A stretch of DNA of 64,000 bases from an uncultured Pseudomonadota bacterium (GTDB taxonomy: Bacteria > Myxococcota_A > Polyangia > Fen-1088), in the NCBI GenBank assembly GCA_963847705.1, contig CAWKBC010000030.1:128001-192000 (forward strand). Direction: 5' to 3'. The notes below the pieces were generated by a model. The model ran no database searches. It was given only the letters and a program-made list of their open reading frames with translations, and was not told the DNA's origin. The position numbers and the translations under genes are program-made. Shown piece by piece: positions 37,128 through 46,129 of the stretch (within the stretch, counting starts at the first letter, position 1; each line of letters starts with the position of its first letter).

Positions 37128-38618
37128 ATGAAGAGAGCCCTCGTTCTGTCGATCATCGTTGCGCTCGGCTGCTATGGCTGCGCGGGGTCGGACTCGAGTG
37201 ACGACGCCGGTGGGACGGGAGGGACAAGCCAGACCGGCGGCACCGGCGGTCCGGAGGGGACCGGAGGTTCGTCCGACACCGGCGGCACGACCGGCAGCGG
37301 TGGCGTGACGGCGAGCGGCGGTACGACCGGCACCGGTGGCGTGACGGGAAGCGGCGGCAAGATCGCCACCGGCGGGACCACCGGCAGCGGGGGCGTCACG
37401 GGTACGGGGGGTGCCTCGGCGAGCGGTGGCGCGACCGGCACGGGCGGGACGCTCGGAAGCGGGGGAGTCACCGGCGCCGGGGGCAACCGAGGGTCCGGTG
37501 GGACGGTCGGCACCGGAGGGACGGCTGGCAGCGGGGGAGTTACCGGTGTTGCGGGCAACCGAGGCTCCGGCGGGAACGTCGGAAGCGGCGGCGTGACGGG
37601 CACAGGCGGAAGTCCTGGCACCGGCGGGACGACGGGAACGGGCGGGACGACGACATCTCCCTGCAGCGTCATGCCGGTCACGCCGGGCGCATCGCCGCAG
37701 GCACAGAAGCTGCTGTGCTACCTCTATAGCCAGTACGGCAACCACGTCTTGTCGGGACAGCAGGAAGCCAACTGGAACGCCAATCCCACCGACTTGAGCT
37801 GGTACAATACGAATATCGGGAAGTACCCGGCGATCGACGGAAGCGATTTCCTTTACACCAATGGTGCGTCGTGTTCATCGGTCACTGCTTCCACGACGCG
37901 CGCCATTGCCTATTGGAACGCGGGCGGGTTGACCATGTTCCGCTACCACGTAGGCGAACCTGTGGCCGGTTCCACGTGCGCGCAGGACTGCTACATGGGT
38001 GCGAATTGTGCGGAACCCACCAACACAGCAGCAAGTAGCCTGTTCTCCAACGTGATCACGGCGGGAACAGCAGAGAACACGGCCTGGAACAACAGGCTTG
38101 ACTACGTGGCGGTTCAAATTGGCGCCATGAAGGCCGCCGATGTACCGATAATCCTGGCGCTATTTCACGAAACGCAATCCAACGGATGGTTCTGGTGGGC
38201 TCAAGGCACAGCCGCGCAGTTCGTCGCCTTGTACAAATATACGTTCAACTACCTTACCACCACCAAGGGGCTCAACAACATCATTTGGCTCATGCCCTAT
38301 AGCGGGTCTCCGGCGGCATCGTTTTATCCAGGTTCGAGCGTGGTCGATATCGCGGGAGGCGATACCTACGGAACCAATCAACCCTTTTCCGGCCTTTACA
38401 GCAGCGTCAAAGGGATCGCAGGCGGCACGATGCCCCTCGCGTTGCACGAGACCGGGCTCATTCCAACTCCCAGCGCGATGTTTCCCACCTCGGCGCCGTG
38501 GATACTGTTCAATATCTGGGCGGGATATGAGACGTCGAACAATACGGTGGCTAACATCAAGAGCGTCTATTCTGATTCTCACCTCATCACGCGCGATCTA
38601 ATCCCAAATCTGAAATAG
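37128..38618 (+). CDS. GH26 beta-mannanase-like lipoprotein
   Basis: MKRALVLSIIVALGC; GGTTG repeats; YGNHVLSGQQE; LFHETQSNGWFWW; PLALHETG. Confidence 0.9.
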   Translation: MKRALVLSIIVALGCYGCAGSDSSDDAGGTGGTSQTGGTGGPEGTGGSSDTGGTTGSGGVTASGGTTGTGGVTGSGGKIATGGTTGSGGVTGTGGASASGGATGTGGTLGSGGVTGAGGNRGSGGTVGTGGTAGSGGVTGVAGNRGSGGNVGSGGVTGTGGSPGTGGTTGTGGTTTSPCSVMPVTPGASPQAQKLLCYLYSQYGNHVLSGQQEANWNANPTDLSWYNTNIGKYPAIDGSDFLYTNGASCSSVTASTTRAIAYWNAGGLTMFRYHVGEPVAGSTCAQDCYMGANCAEPTNTAASSLFSNVITAGTAENTAWNNRLDYVAVQIGAMKAADVPIILALFHETQSNGWFWWAQGTAAQFVALYKYTFNYLTTTKGLNNIIWLMPYSGSPAASFYPGSSVVDIAGGDTYGTNQPFSGLYSSVKGIAGGTMPLALHETGLIPTPSAMFPTSAPWILFNIWAGYETSNNTVANIKSVYSDSHLITRDLIPNLK

Positions 38619-38667
38619 GACTGCTCGGTCCGTTGCGTCGTCTGGCTGAGTCATTCTTCGGGTCGTC

Positions 38668-39207
38668 ATGTCCAAGCCTGTTAAGCCCGCAATCGTCATC
38701 CTGGCCGCTGGAGTGATCGCACTGGCGATTGTTCTCATCGCGTTCGTTTCACGCGACAGGCGATCGGTACCGGCGCCGATTGAGACCCAAGACCCCCTCG
38801 TCGCGGCGACTCCGCCGCTGCTCAGTGGACCTGCCGCGGAGCCCCGGCCACCGTTTCCTGCCGCGTCGGCGACGGGACCCCCAGTGCGCATTGCAACGAA
38901 GTCAGATGCTGAGAAGCCACTCGACGAGACATCGCTGATGACCAAGCTGCATGACCTGGCGGCATCGGATCCGTCCCTGTCGCTGAGCTTGGCGAAGGAA
39001 GCGCTCCATCGTTTTCCAGACAGCCCCAACGCTCCAGAATTCAACTGGAATCTGGTCAAAGCTCTTTTCAACATGGGCCGCGTTGAAGAGGCGCAGGAAG
39101 AGGCTCGGACAATGATCGCGAAGTATCCGGGCAACGACTTTGCAGGTGACGTCGACCATCACCTGCTGAACCATCCGCCGAACCCGTCGGATGTTCCTAA
39201 TCCGTAG
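38668..39207 (+). CDS. Membrane-anchored Pro-linker + TPR-like protein
   Basis: N-terminal TM; Pro-rich; LAKEALHRFPDSPNAPE..KALFNMGRVEEAQEEARTMIAKYPG. Confidence 0.7.
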   Translation: MSKPVKPAIVILAAGVIALAIVLIAFVSRDRRSVPAPIETQDPLVAATPPLLSGPAAEPRPPFPAASATGPPVRIATKSDAEKPLDETSLMTKLHDLAASDPSLSLSLAKEALHRFPDSPNAPEFNWNLVKALFNMGRVEEAQEEARTMIAKYPGNDFAGDVDHHLLNHPPNPSDVPNP

Positions 39208-40006
39208 ATGCCAAGACCGCGCGTCGTCGTGCTGTTGATGGGGAGCGCGGGCCGTCGGCGTCGGTCGCGGGGGTACCGCCGCTGAGCGTTCCGTAGCCGC
39301 TGTTCGATAGCCCTGTGCTCGTCTGGTGCGTCCACAGGCTCCCTGTCTTGCCGAGCGACGTGACGTCGGCGATCACCAGCGAATCGACCTGGTCGCGGCG
39401 CAGTGAAGCGCCCGCGTTGGCCAGCACGCTGGCGTAGGCGGCGGCCGCGGTCATCGTCGGGATGCTGGCGGTGGTCGGCGACCAGGGGGCGGTCAACGCC
39501 GTGGCGCCGCCGGGCGGACCCATGGTGCTGCCGTTGAGCGTCCCGTCCTTGTTGCTGTCGAGCAGGTTGCCGGTGAAATACATCTGCTGGGTGTTGACCT
39601 GGTAGATCGCGTCCGAGGCCGACGTCGTGGCGGGACCGCTCACGAAGTAATTGTTCACCAGATCGTGCGTGAAAAGGCCGCCGGTGTTGCCCGCGGTGTA
39701 CCCGGCCTGGAAATCGTAGACCACGTTGTTGATGTACTGCGTGTTCGCCTTGGCCAGCGGGTTGCGGTTGTGCGCGTTCGCGAACACGTTGCGGTACCAG
39801 GTGTAGGGGTCCGTCTCGGTGTGGGCGTTGAACTGCTGCCCGATCGGGTCGGCGTCGATCGAGTTCATGACCGTGATGTTCGAGGCCCCGACCGCGTCGA
39901 TGTTGTTCCACTGCGCGAACTCGACCGACACGTGATCGAAGATCATGTTCGTCGCGTCGAGCAAGTTGATGCCGCTCTTGCTCGAGTCTGGGTCGAGGTC
40001 ACCCTG
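39197..40006 (-). pseudogene. Pectate lyase (PL1-like) fragment
   Basis: NMIFDHVSVEF, FANAHNRNP, YINNVVYD, LVNNYFVSGP, VLANAGAS..RDQVD; no signal peptide or N-terminus, breaks off after TDADG. Confidence 0.75.
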
Positions 40007-40166
40007 ACAGGCTGCTCGTCCGTGCGGCCGAAGCCTGGCGGGCAATCTCGCGGCGCCGGTGCGCTGTCAGAGCATGCGCGCGGGCTTTTCCGCCCTTGGC
40101 ACCACCAAGGCGCCCCAGAGCGACCGCATGAGGGTGACGTCAGGCTGGTCTTCCTCAATGGTCCGT

Positions 40167-40187
40167 CTGTACCATATCTGTACCATA
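40167..40187 (+). promoter_or_regulatory. Putative integrase arm-type sites (2 x CTGTACCATA, 11-bp period)
   Basis: Copies at 40167 and 40178, 90 bp inside the right att. Confidence 0.75.
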
Positions 40188-40279
40188 TCGCCGGTTATTC
40201 GGGGGTACCGGACATACCCAGGAGTACCCACCCCACGCGGCCGACCTTCAAAACCAGCGGAAATTGCACGGATCTGCTG

Positions 40280-40352
<73 letters not shown>

Positions 40353-40697
40353 GTTTCTTAAGTGGTGCCGGTACTTACGTCATTCCCTGTCGAGCCGTCA
40401 ACCCCGCTTGCACCCGCCCCGCACCCACTGCCCCCGTCCGGTCGGCGCGACGGGCCGCCAGATCTATCACATCGCCGCCGGCCCGCGACAGGTTCGACCG
40501 TGGAGCTCAGGCGATCGGGCGGGCCTCGTCGACGAATCGGTGTCCCCGGGGGCGCCGCGGCGAATTCATCGCGCCGAAACCTGTTCGAAACCTGGAATGG
40601 GCCAGACTGCGGTTGGGCTGGGTGCCCACCGGGGGATCTCGCTTCGCGAATGCAAATCGTTCATCATCCCGCTCCGGCGGCCGAGGCCGCTGAACTC

Positions 40698-42668
40698 ATG
40701 CCCGAACAAGCTGTCGCGTCCGCTCCCCATCATCATCCCCAGGCGCACGGTGCGGGCCTCGCCAAGCTGGCCCTGGGCGCCATCGGCGTCGTCTACGGCG
40801 ACATCGGGACGTCACCGCTCTACGCCATGAAGGAGTGTGTGACGCTGCCCCACGGGGTGGCGCCGCTCGCGGTCAACATCTACGGCGTGCTGTCCTTGAT
40901 CTTCTGGTCGATCACGCTGGTCGTCTCGGTCAAGTACCTGCTCTTCGTCATGCGCGCCGACAACGACGGCGAGGGTGGGGTGCTGGCGCTGATGGCGCTG
41001 GTGGCGCGCCCGACCGCGGCGGCGGTCACGGCCGACGAGTCGGGGGCTCACCGGGCCTCGACGCGCACCACCTGGACGGGCCTGCGCAAGACCAAGATGC
41101 TGCTCATCGTCCTCGGCCTCTTCGGGGCGGCGCTGCTCTACGGCGACGGCGTCATCACGCCGGCGATCTCCGTGCTCTCGGCGGTGGAGGGGCTGGAGGT
41201 CGCCACCAGCGCCTTCTCGCCGTTCGTCGTGCCGATCACCTGCGTCATCCTGGTGATCCTGTTTGCCATGCAGAAGCGGGGCACCGGCGGCATCGGCGCC
41301 GTGTTCGGTCCGGTGACGGTGGCCTGGTTCATCTTCATCGCCGCCGCCGGGCTCCCCTGGATCGTGCGCCACCCGGAGATCCTGCGCGCGATGAATCCGA
41401 TCTACGGCGCGCGCTTCTTCATCATTCACCGCGGGCACGGGTTCCTGGTGCTCGGGTCGGTCGTCCTCTGCGTGACCGGCGGCGAGGCGCTCTACGCCGA
41501 CATGGGGCACTTCGGGACGCGCGCCATCCGGCTCGCCTGGTACAGCTGCGTCTTCCCGGCGCTGCTCATCAACTACTTCGGGCAGGGGGCGCTGCTGCTC
41601 GAGCGCCCCGAGGCGGCGGCCAATCCGTTCTACGGCCTGGTCTCGGGCGCCTGGCTCTACCCGATGGTGATCCTGGCGACCCTGGCGACGGTGGTGGCGT
41701 CGCAGGCGCTCATCTCGGGCGCCTATTCTCTCACCCGCCAGGCCGTTCAGCTCGGCTATCTGCCGCGCGTCACCATCGTCCACACCTCCGGCCAGACCGA
41801 GGGGCAGATCTACGTCCCCGAGGTGAACTGGTTGCTGATGGTGGCCTGCGTGGCGCTGGTGCTCGGCTTCCGCGAGTCGAGCGCGCTGGCCGACGCCTAC
41901 GGCATCGCGGTGACCGGCACGATGGCCATCACCTCGATGCTGTTCTATTACGTCGCCCGCGATCTGTGGCACTGGGGCCGGCTGCGCGCCGGCGCGTTGC
42001 TGGCGGTGTTCCTCTGCTTCGACTTGTCGTTCTTCATCGCTTGCTCGACCAAGATCGCGCACGGCGGCTGGTTCCCGCTGGCGGTGGCGGTGGGCGTCTT
42101 CACCATCATGCTGACCTGGAAGCGGGGCCGGACCCTGCTGGCGGAGCGGATCGCCGCCGATTCGCTGCCGCTGGGAATCTTCCTGGCCGACATCGAGGCC
42201 ACCAAGCCGCACCGCGTGCCGGGCGTGGCGGTGTTCCTGTCGTCGACGCGGCGGGGGACGCCCAACGTGCTCCTGCACCACTTCAAGCACAACAAGGTGC
42301 TGCACAAGGAGGTGATCATCCTGTCGATCACCACCGACGCGGTGCCGGAGGTGCCGGACGCCGACAAGGTGCGGGTCAAGAGCTTCGGCCAGGGCTTCTG
42401 GGGGGTCACGGCGCACTATGGGTTCAAGGAGAGCCCGGACGTGCTCGACATCCTCCGCCGCTGCAAGGCGCAGGGGCTGCCCATCGACGAGGCGGACACC
42501 AGCTACTACCTCGGCCGCGAGACGCTGCGGTCGGTTCCCGGCAAGGGGATGGCCGAGTGGCGCAAGGTTCTGTTTCGTTTTCTCTCGCGCAACGCGCGCT
42601 CGGCGTCCGACTTCTTCTCTCTGCCGCCCAACCGGGTGGTCGAGATCGGCGCGCAGATCGAGCTCTAG
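40698..42668 (+). CDS. kup: KUP/HAK/KT potassium transporter
   Basis: GVVYGDIGTSPLY, DNDGEGG, GDGVITPAISVLSAVEG, TGGEALYADMGHF, GQIYVP, AYGIAVT, RVVEIGAQIEL; alternative ATG 40650. Confidence 0.97.
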   Translation: MPEQAVASAPHHHPQAHGAGLAKLALGAIGVVYGDIGTSPLYAMKECVTLPHGVAPLAVNIYGVLSLIFWSITLVVSVKYLLFVMRADNDGEGGVLALMALVARPTAAAVTADESGAHRASTRTTWTGLRKTKMLLIVLGLFGAALLYGDGVITPAISVLSAVEGLEVATSAFSPFVVPITCVILVILFAMQKRGTGGIGAVFGPVTVAWFIFIAAAGLPWIVRHPEILRAMNPIYGARFFIIHRGHGFLVLGSVVLCVTGGEALYADMGHFGTRAIRLAWYSCVFPALLINYFGQGALLLERPEAAANPFYGLVSGAWLYPMVILATLATVVASQALISGAYSLTRQAVQLGYLPRVTIVHTSGQTEGQIYVPEVNWLLMVACVALVLGFRESSALADAYGIAVTGTMAITSMLFYYVARDLWHWGRLRAGALLAVFLCFDLSFFIACSTKIAHGGWFPLAVAVGVFTIMLTWKRGRTLLAERIAADSLPLGIFLADIEATKPHRVPGVAVFLSSTRRGTPNVLLHHFKHNKVLHKEVIILSITTDAVPEVPDADKVRVKSFGQGFWGVTAHYGFKESPDVLDILRRCKAQGLPIDEADTSYYLGRETLRSVPGKGMAEWRKVLFRFLSRNARSASDFFSLPPNRVVEIGAQIEL

Positions 42669-42736
42669 GGGCAGCTCACGCAGGCTGCTCCCTGCGGCGA
42701 CCCCGCGCGGCGAGCGAGCTGCTAACCTGACCCTGC

Positions 42737-43666
42737 ATGCAGGGTGAGCAAGCGGCGACCACGTCGATGGCCGAGCGCCAGGGCGCGACGCCGCCCCCCT
42801 GGCGCGGGCGCTCGCGGGTCCGCCTGCTGGCCGACGTCATCGGCGGCGCCCGCCAGAACTGGGACAAGCTGCGCCAGCTCGCCTCGCTGGTGACCGCCTA
42901 CTTTCGACCCCGCCTGGTGCGGCGGCGCCTGGAGCGCCTGCGGGCGCTCGGCCACATCGACGCCGTGCCGACGATCGGCCAGCTGCTCGTCGCCGGGCGC
43001 GATCAGATGATGGTGGGCGCGGCCGAGGAGACGAAGATCTTCTACCGCGCGCAGGGGATCCCCTGGATCTTTCACAACGCGCGCCGTTTCCTGTCGGGCC
43101 CGGCGACGATGCTCGATCCGATCGGCCTGTTCGCACCGCGCGAGGCGATCGTCCACCACGTCCTGCAGACGTTCCACCGGCATCCGGTCTACGATCTGGT
43201 GCTGCTGCGCGCGCACGACGGCGGAGCCGAGGAGCTGGCGCGCCAGGCCCGGCAGATCGTCGAGGGGACGCACCCGCACCAGCGCGCGCTGACCTCACTG
43301 ATCGAGGACGGCGCCTACCACGCGCGGCTGCCGGCCGACATCGCCGCCTTCGAACAGGCGACGCGCGCGCCGGCGCGCCCGATCCCGGCCGGGTTGGTCG
43401 ACGATCCCGAGCTGATGCTGGCGATGGATCAGTTCAAGGACCTGGCCGGCTTCGTCCGCTACGCCTCGCGCCTGCGGGTCGGGTTCGTCGATGCGCTCCG
43501 GGCCTGGCTGGCGGCCGGCTTCGACGAGACGGTCGGCGCGCTGGTTCCCGTCAAGCTCGGGCGCCGGCAGGTCGAGCACGCCGCCTGCGATCCCGAGCTC
43601 GTCACGCGCCATCTGGGTGCGCTCGGTGAGAGGCCCGGCGCAGTGGCGACGAAAGCGCTCGTCTGA
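42737..43666 (+). CDS. Hypothetical protein
   Basis: 309-aa ORF with GC3-rich codons; no recognised family. Confidence 0.7.
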   Translation: MQGEQAATTSMAERQGATPPPWRGRSRVRLLADVIGGARQNWDKLRQLASLVTAYFRPRLVRRRLERLRALGHIDAVPTIGQLLVAGRDQMMVGAAEETKIFYRAQGIPWIFHNARRFLSGPATMLDPIGLFAPREAIVHHVLQTFHRHPVYDLVLLRAHDGGAEELARQARQIVEGTHPHQRALTSLIEDGAYHARLPADIAAFEQATRAPARPIPAGLVDDPELMLAMDQFKDLAGFVRYASRLRVGFVDALRAWLAAGFDETVGALVPVKLGRRQVEHAACDPELVTRHLGALGERPGAVATKALV

Positions 43667-43732
43667 GCCGGCTTCGGGCGGCACGTCGTCGGCCGCGGTC
43701 GCTGCGCTCACCGTCGCCTTCGGCGAAGGCCC

Positions 43733-44278
43733 CTACGGCCCTGGCGTGGCCTTCTCGGCGGCGGCGAGCAGCTCGTCGGTCCGCTGGCAGCTCAGGGTCC
43801 GGGCGGCGCGCGGGCGGGTGCAGTCGACGCAGCCGTCGAGCGCCGTCACGGCCGACTGGACCAGGTTCCACTGGCTGTCGAGCTCGCTGTCGCGCGCCAC
43901 GCACCCGCTGGCGTCCTTCGAGAAGATGTCGACGAAGGCAGACCATTTGCGATTGTCCGCGTCGCCGCGGCAGGCGACCGATGCGCCGTCTTCCTTCTGT
44001 TTCTTGAGCGCCGGTGCCAGGGTTCTCTCGGCCTGGCGGATGGCCGCGACCAGCTCGCGCAGGTCCCGCGCGCGACAGGGGGCGACCGCCGGTTTGGTCA
44101 CCTGCGGCGTGGGAATGAAGGGGTGGACGAACTCCCTGGGGGTGGCCGTGGTCGGGTGGCCCGGCGCGGTGGGCGCGTGAGCGTGCGGCGTCCGACCAAC
44201 GAGCCGCATCACCAGCGAGAGGGAGAGCACGCCGGCCAGCACCAACACGGTCAAGGGGCCCCGTTTGTTTCGGCGCAT
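43733..44278 (-). CDS. Hypothetical exported protein with Cys-containing helical domain
   Basis: MRRNKRG + hydrophobic segment, Pro/Thr linker, six Cys. Confidence 0.6.
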   Translation of the reverse strand: MRRNKRGPLTVLVLAGVLSLSLVMRLVGRTPHAHAPTAPGHPTTATPREFVHPFIPTPQVTKPAVAPCRARDLRELVAAIRQAERTLAPALKKQKEDGASVACRGDADNRKWSAFVDIFSKDASGCVARDSELDSQWNLVQSAVTALDGCVDCTRPRAARTLSCQRTDELLAAAEKATPGP

Positions 44279-44307
44279 GGGGCGATATTGCCCCATACTG
44301 TCGCGCC

Positions 44308-44883
44308 ATGGCAGCGGCCAAGCTCTTCGCCTCGATCTTCGCGGTCATCTTCGTCGCCGAGCTGCCTGACAAGACCGCCCTGGCCTCGCTGGTGCTGGCG
44401 ACGCGGCATCGCGCGATGCCGGTGCTGATCGGCGCCGCCGCCGCGCTGGCGATCCAGAGCCTGGTGGCCGTCGTCGCCGGGAGCCTGCTGGCGATGCTGC
44501 CGCCGCGGGCGGTGCACATCGGGTCGGGCGTGCTGTTTCTCGTCTCGGCCATCGTCATGTGGCGCAGGAAGGAAGAAGAGGCCGAGGGGGGCAAGGACGG
44601 CGGCGAGGTCGGGTTCGCCAAGGCGTTCACCATGTCCTTCATGGTCGTCTTCGTGGCCGAGTGGGGGGACCTGACGCAGATCGCGACCGCCGGCTTCGCG
44701 GCGCGGACGAAGCAGCCGGTGCTGGTCTTCTTTGCGGCGACCGCGGCGCTGTGGGCGGTGGCCACGGTGGCGGTCATCGCCGGCAACCGGGCCGGGCATC
44801 TGCTGAACCCCAAGGTCACGCAGAAGGTGGCCGCCGTGCTGTTCGCGCTGGTGGGCGTGGCGCTCATCGCCGGCATCTTTTAG
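44308..44883 (+). CDS. TMEM165/GDT1 (UPF0016) family Ca2+/Mn2+ transporter
   Basis: AELPDKT and AEWGDLTQ repeats. Confidence 0.9.
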   Translation: MAAAKLFASIFAVIFVAELPDKTALASLVLATRHRAMPVLIGAAAALAIQSLVAVVAGSLLAMLPPRAVHIGSGVLFLVSAIVMWRRKEEEAEGGKDGGEVGFAKAFTMSFMVVFVAEWGDLTQIATAGFAARTKQPVLVFFAATAALWAVATVAVIAGNRAGHLLNPKVTQKVAAVLFALVGVALIAGIF

Positions 44884-44889
44884 CCGGCG

Positions 44890-45363
44890 TCAGCGCAGCA
44901 GCTTGGGGGGGTAGATTCCGGGCTCCGACCCGTCGATCACCACGGCGCCGACCGCGCGTCGATAGAAGTCGATCGACGACGCCCAGCCGATGATGGCGTA
45001 GGCGTACCCCTCGGCGCGCATCGCGTGCAGCGCCGCCAGCAAGAGCGCCCGGCCGACGCCGCGCCCACGCCGATCGGGGTGCACCAGCTCGGGCCCGAAG
45101 AAGTCGCGGCAGGTCGCCTCGTAGCAGGCGAAGCCGATCAGCGTGTCGTCTTCGACGGCGACGAAGCAGGCGAGCGGCAGGCGGGCGAATGTCGCCTCGC
45201 ACTCGTCCGCCCAGCCCGGGGAGCCGTGCGCGCGCGCCCATTCGACAACCGTTGATCGCTCCGCCGCCGCCGCGCGCCGCACCACGATCCCCGCCCGGGA
45301 CAGCGCCTCCAGCGCCGGTCCGAGCGGCGGGAGATCGTAGAGGCGGACCAGCAGATCGGACAC
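44890..45363 (-). CDS. GNAT N-acetyltransferase
   Basis: VHPDRRGRGVGRALL acetyl-CoA motif; GYAYAIIG..FY. Confidence 0.85.
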   Translation of the reverse strand: MSDLLVRLYDLPPLGPALEALSRAGIVVRRAAAAERSTVVEWARAHGSPGWADECEATFARLPLACFVAVEDDTLIGFACYEATCRDFFGPELVHPDRRGRGVGRALLLAALHAMRAEGYAYAIIGWASSIDFYRRAVGAVVIDGSEPGIYPPKLLR

Positions 45364-45421
45364 GCGCTCCGCACTATCGCACAGGTGGCGTCAGCCGGAG
45401 GACCGCCCGGCCCTGGCCGGG

Positions 45422-46129
45422 TCAAGGCGCGGACGGAGCAGCGGCGACCTTCCCCGCGGGGGTGGGGGTGCGCTTGGGCAGCTCGCGGTCGAGCGCCAGG
45501 TTCGTCTCCAGGACGTTGACGCGCGGATCGCCGAACAGCCCCCACTGGCGCCCCTTGGTCTGGCGCTCGAGCAGGGCGCGCACCTCGTCGACGTTCACGC
45601 CGCGCGCGGTGGCGATCCGGATCGCCTGCAGCCCGGCGTTGGCCGGCGTGATGTCGGGATCGAGCCCGCTCCCCGAGCGGGTCACGGCGTCCGCCGGGAC
45701 CAGCGCACCGGCCGGCAGCTTGTTCTCGGCGCGGTAGGCCTCGACCAGCTGCTTGATGCCGGCGAACGACTCGTCGACGTCCTTGGTCTTGGGGTCGTCG
45801 GCGACGCCGTTGAGCAGCTTGTCGCTGATCGGCCCCAGGTTGGTGCCGCTGGAGTTGGCGGCGTCGTAGCCCGCGCCGGCGGCCGAGGGGCGCGGATGCA
45901 GATACTCGGGCGCCTTGAACGGCTGGCCGAGCAGGCTGGAGCCGATCGCCCCGTCCGGCCCGGTGGCGTCACCTTGCCGATCGATGAGCGAGCCGTCGGC
46001 TTGCGGGCGGAGCGCCAGGTGCCCGATGGCGTAGACCGCCAGCGGGTAGAAGGCGCAGCCGAGGAAGGCGACCAGGACCGTCGCGCGCAGGGAGACGAAC
46101 GTTTCGCGAATGAGCTCTCGCATGATCAC
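45422..46129 (-). CDS. kdpC: K+-transporting ATPase subunit C
   Basis: [58 protein letters not shown]. Confidence 0.95.
   Translation of the reverse strand: MIMRELIRETFVSLRATVLVAFLGCAFYPLAVYAIGHLALRPQADGSLIDRQGDATGPDGAIGSSLLGQPFKAPEYLHPRPSAAGAGYDAANSSGTNLGPISDKLLNGVADDPKTKDVDESFAGIKQLVEAYRAENKLPAGALVPADAVTRSGSGLDPDITPANAGLQAIRIATARGVNVDEVRALLERQTKGRQWGLFGDPRVNVLETNLALDRELPKRTPTPAGKVAAAPSAP

Noticed and set aside
7694-40277. Prophage or conjugative ICE
   Set aside because: No structural, replication, relaxase or T4SS genes recognised
40560-40715. c-di-AMP (ydaO) riboswitch upstream of kup
   Set aside because: Only fragments resemble the consensus (CGCCGAAACCTG, ACCGGGGGATC, CCCGAAC); the GGGGTGAA and CAGCTAAC elements are missing. 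A cmsearch would settle it
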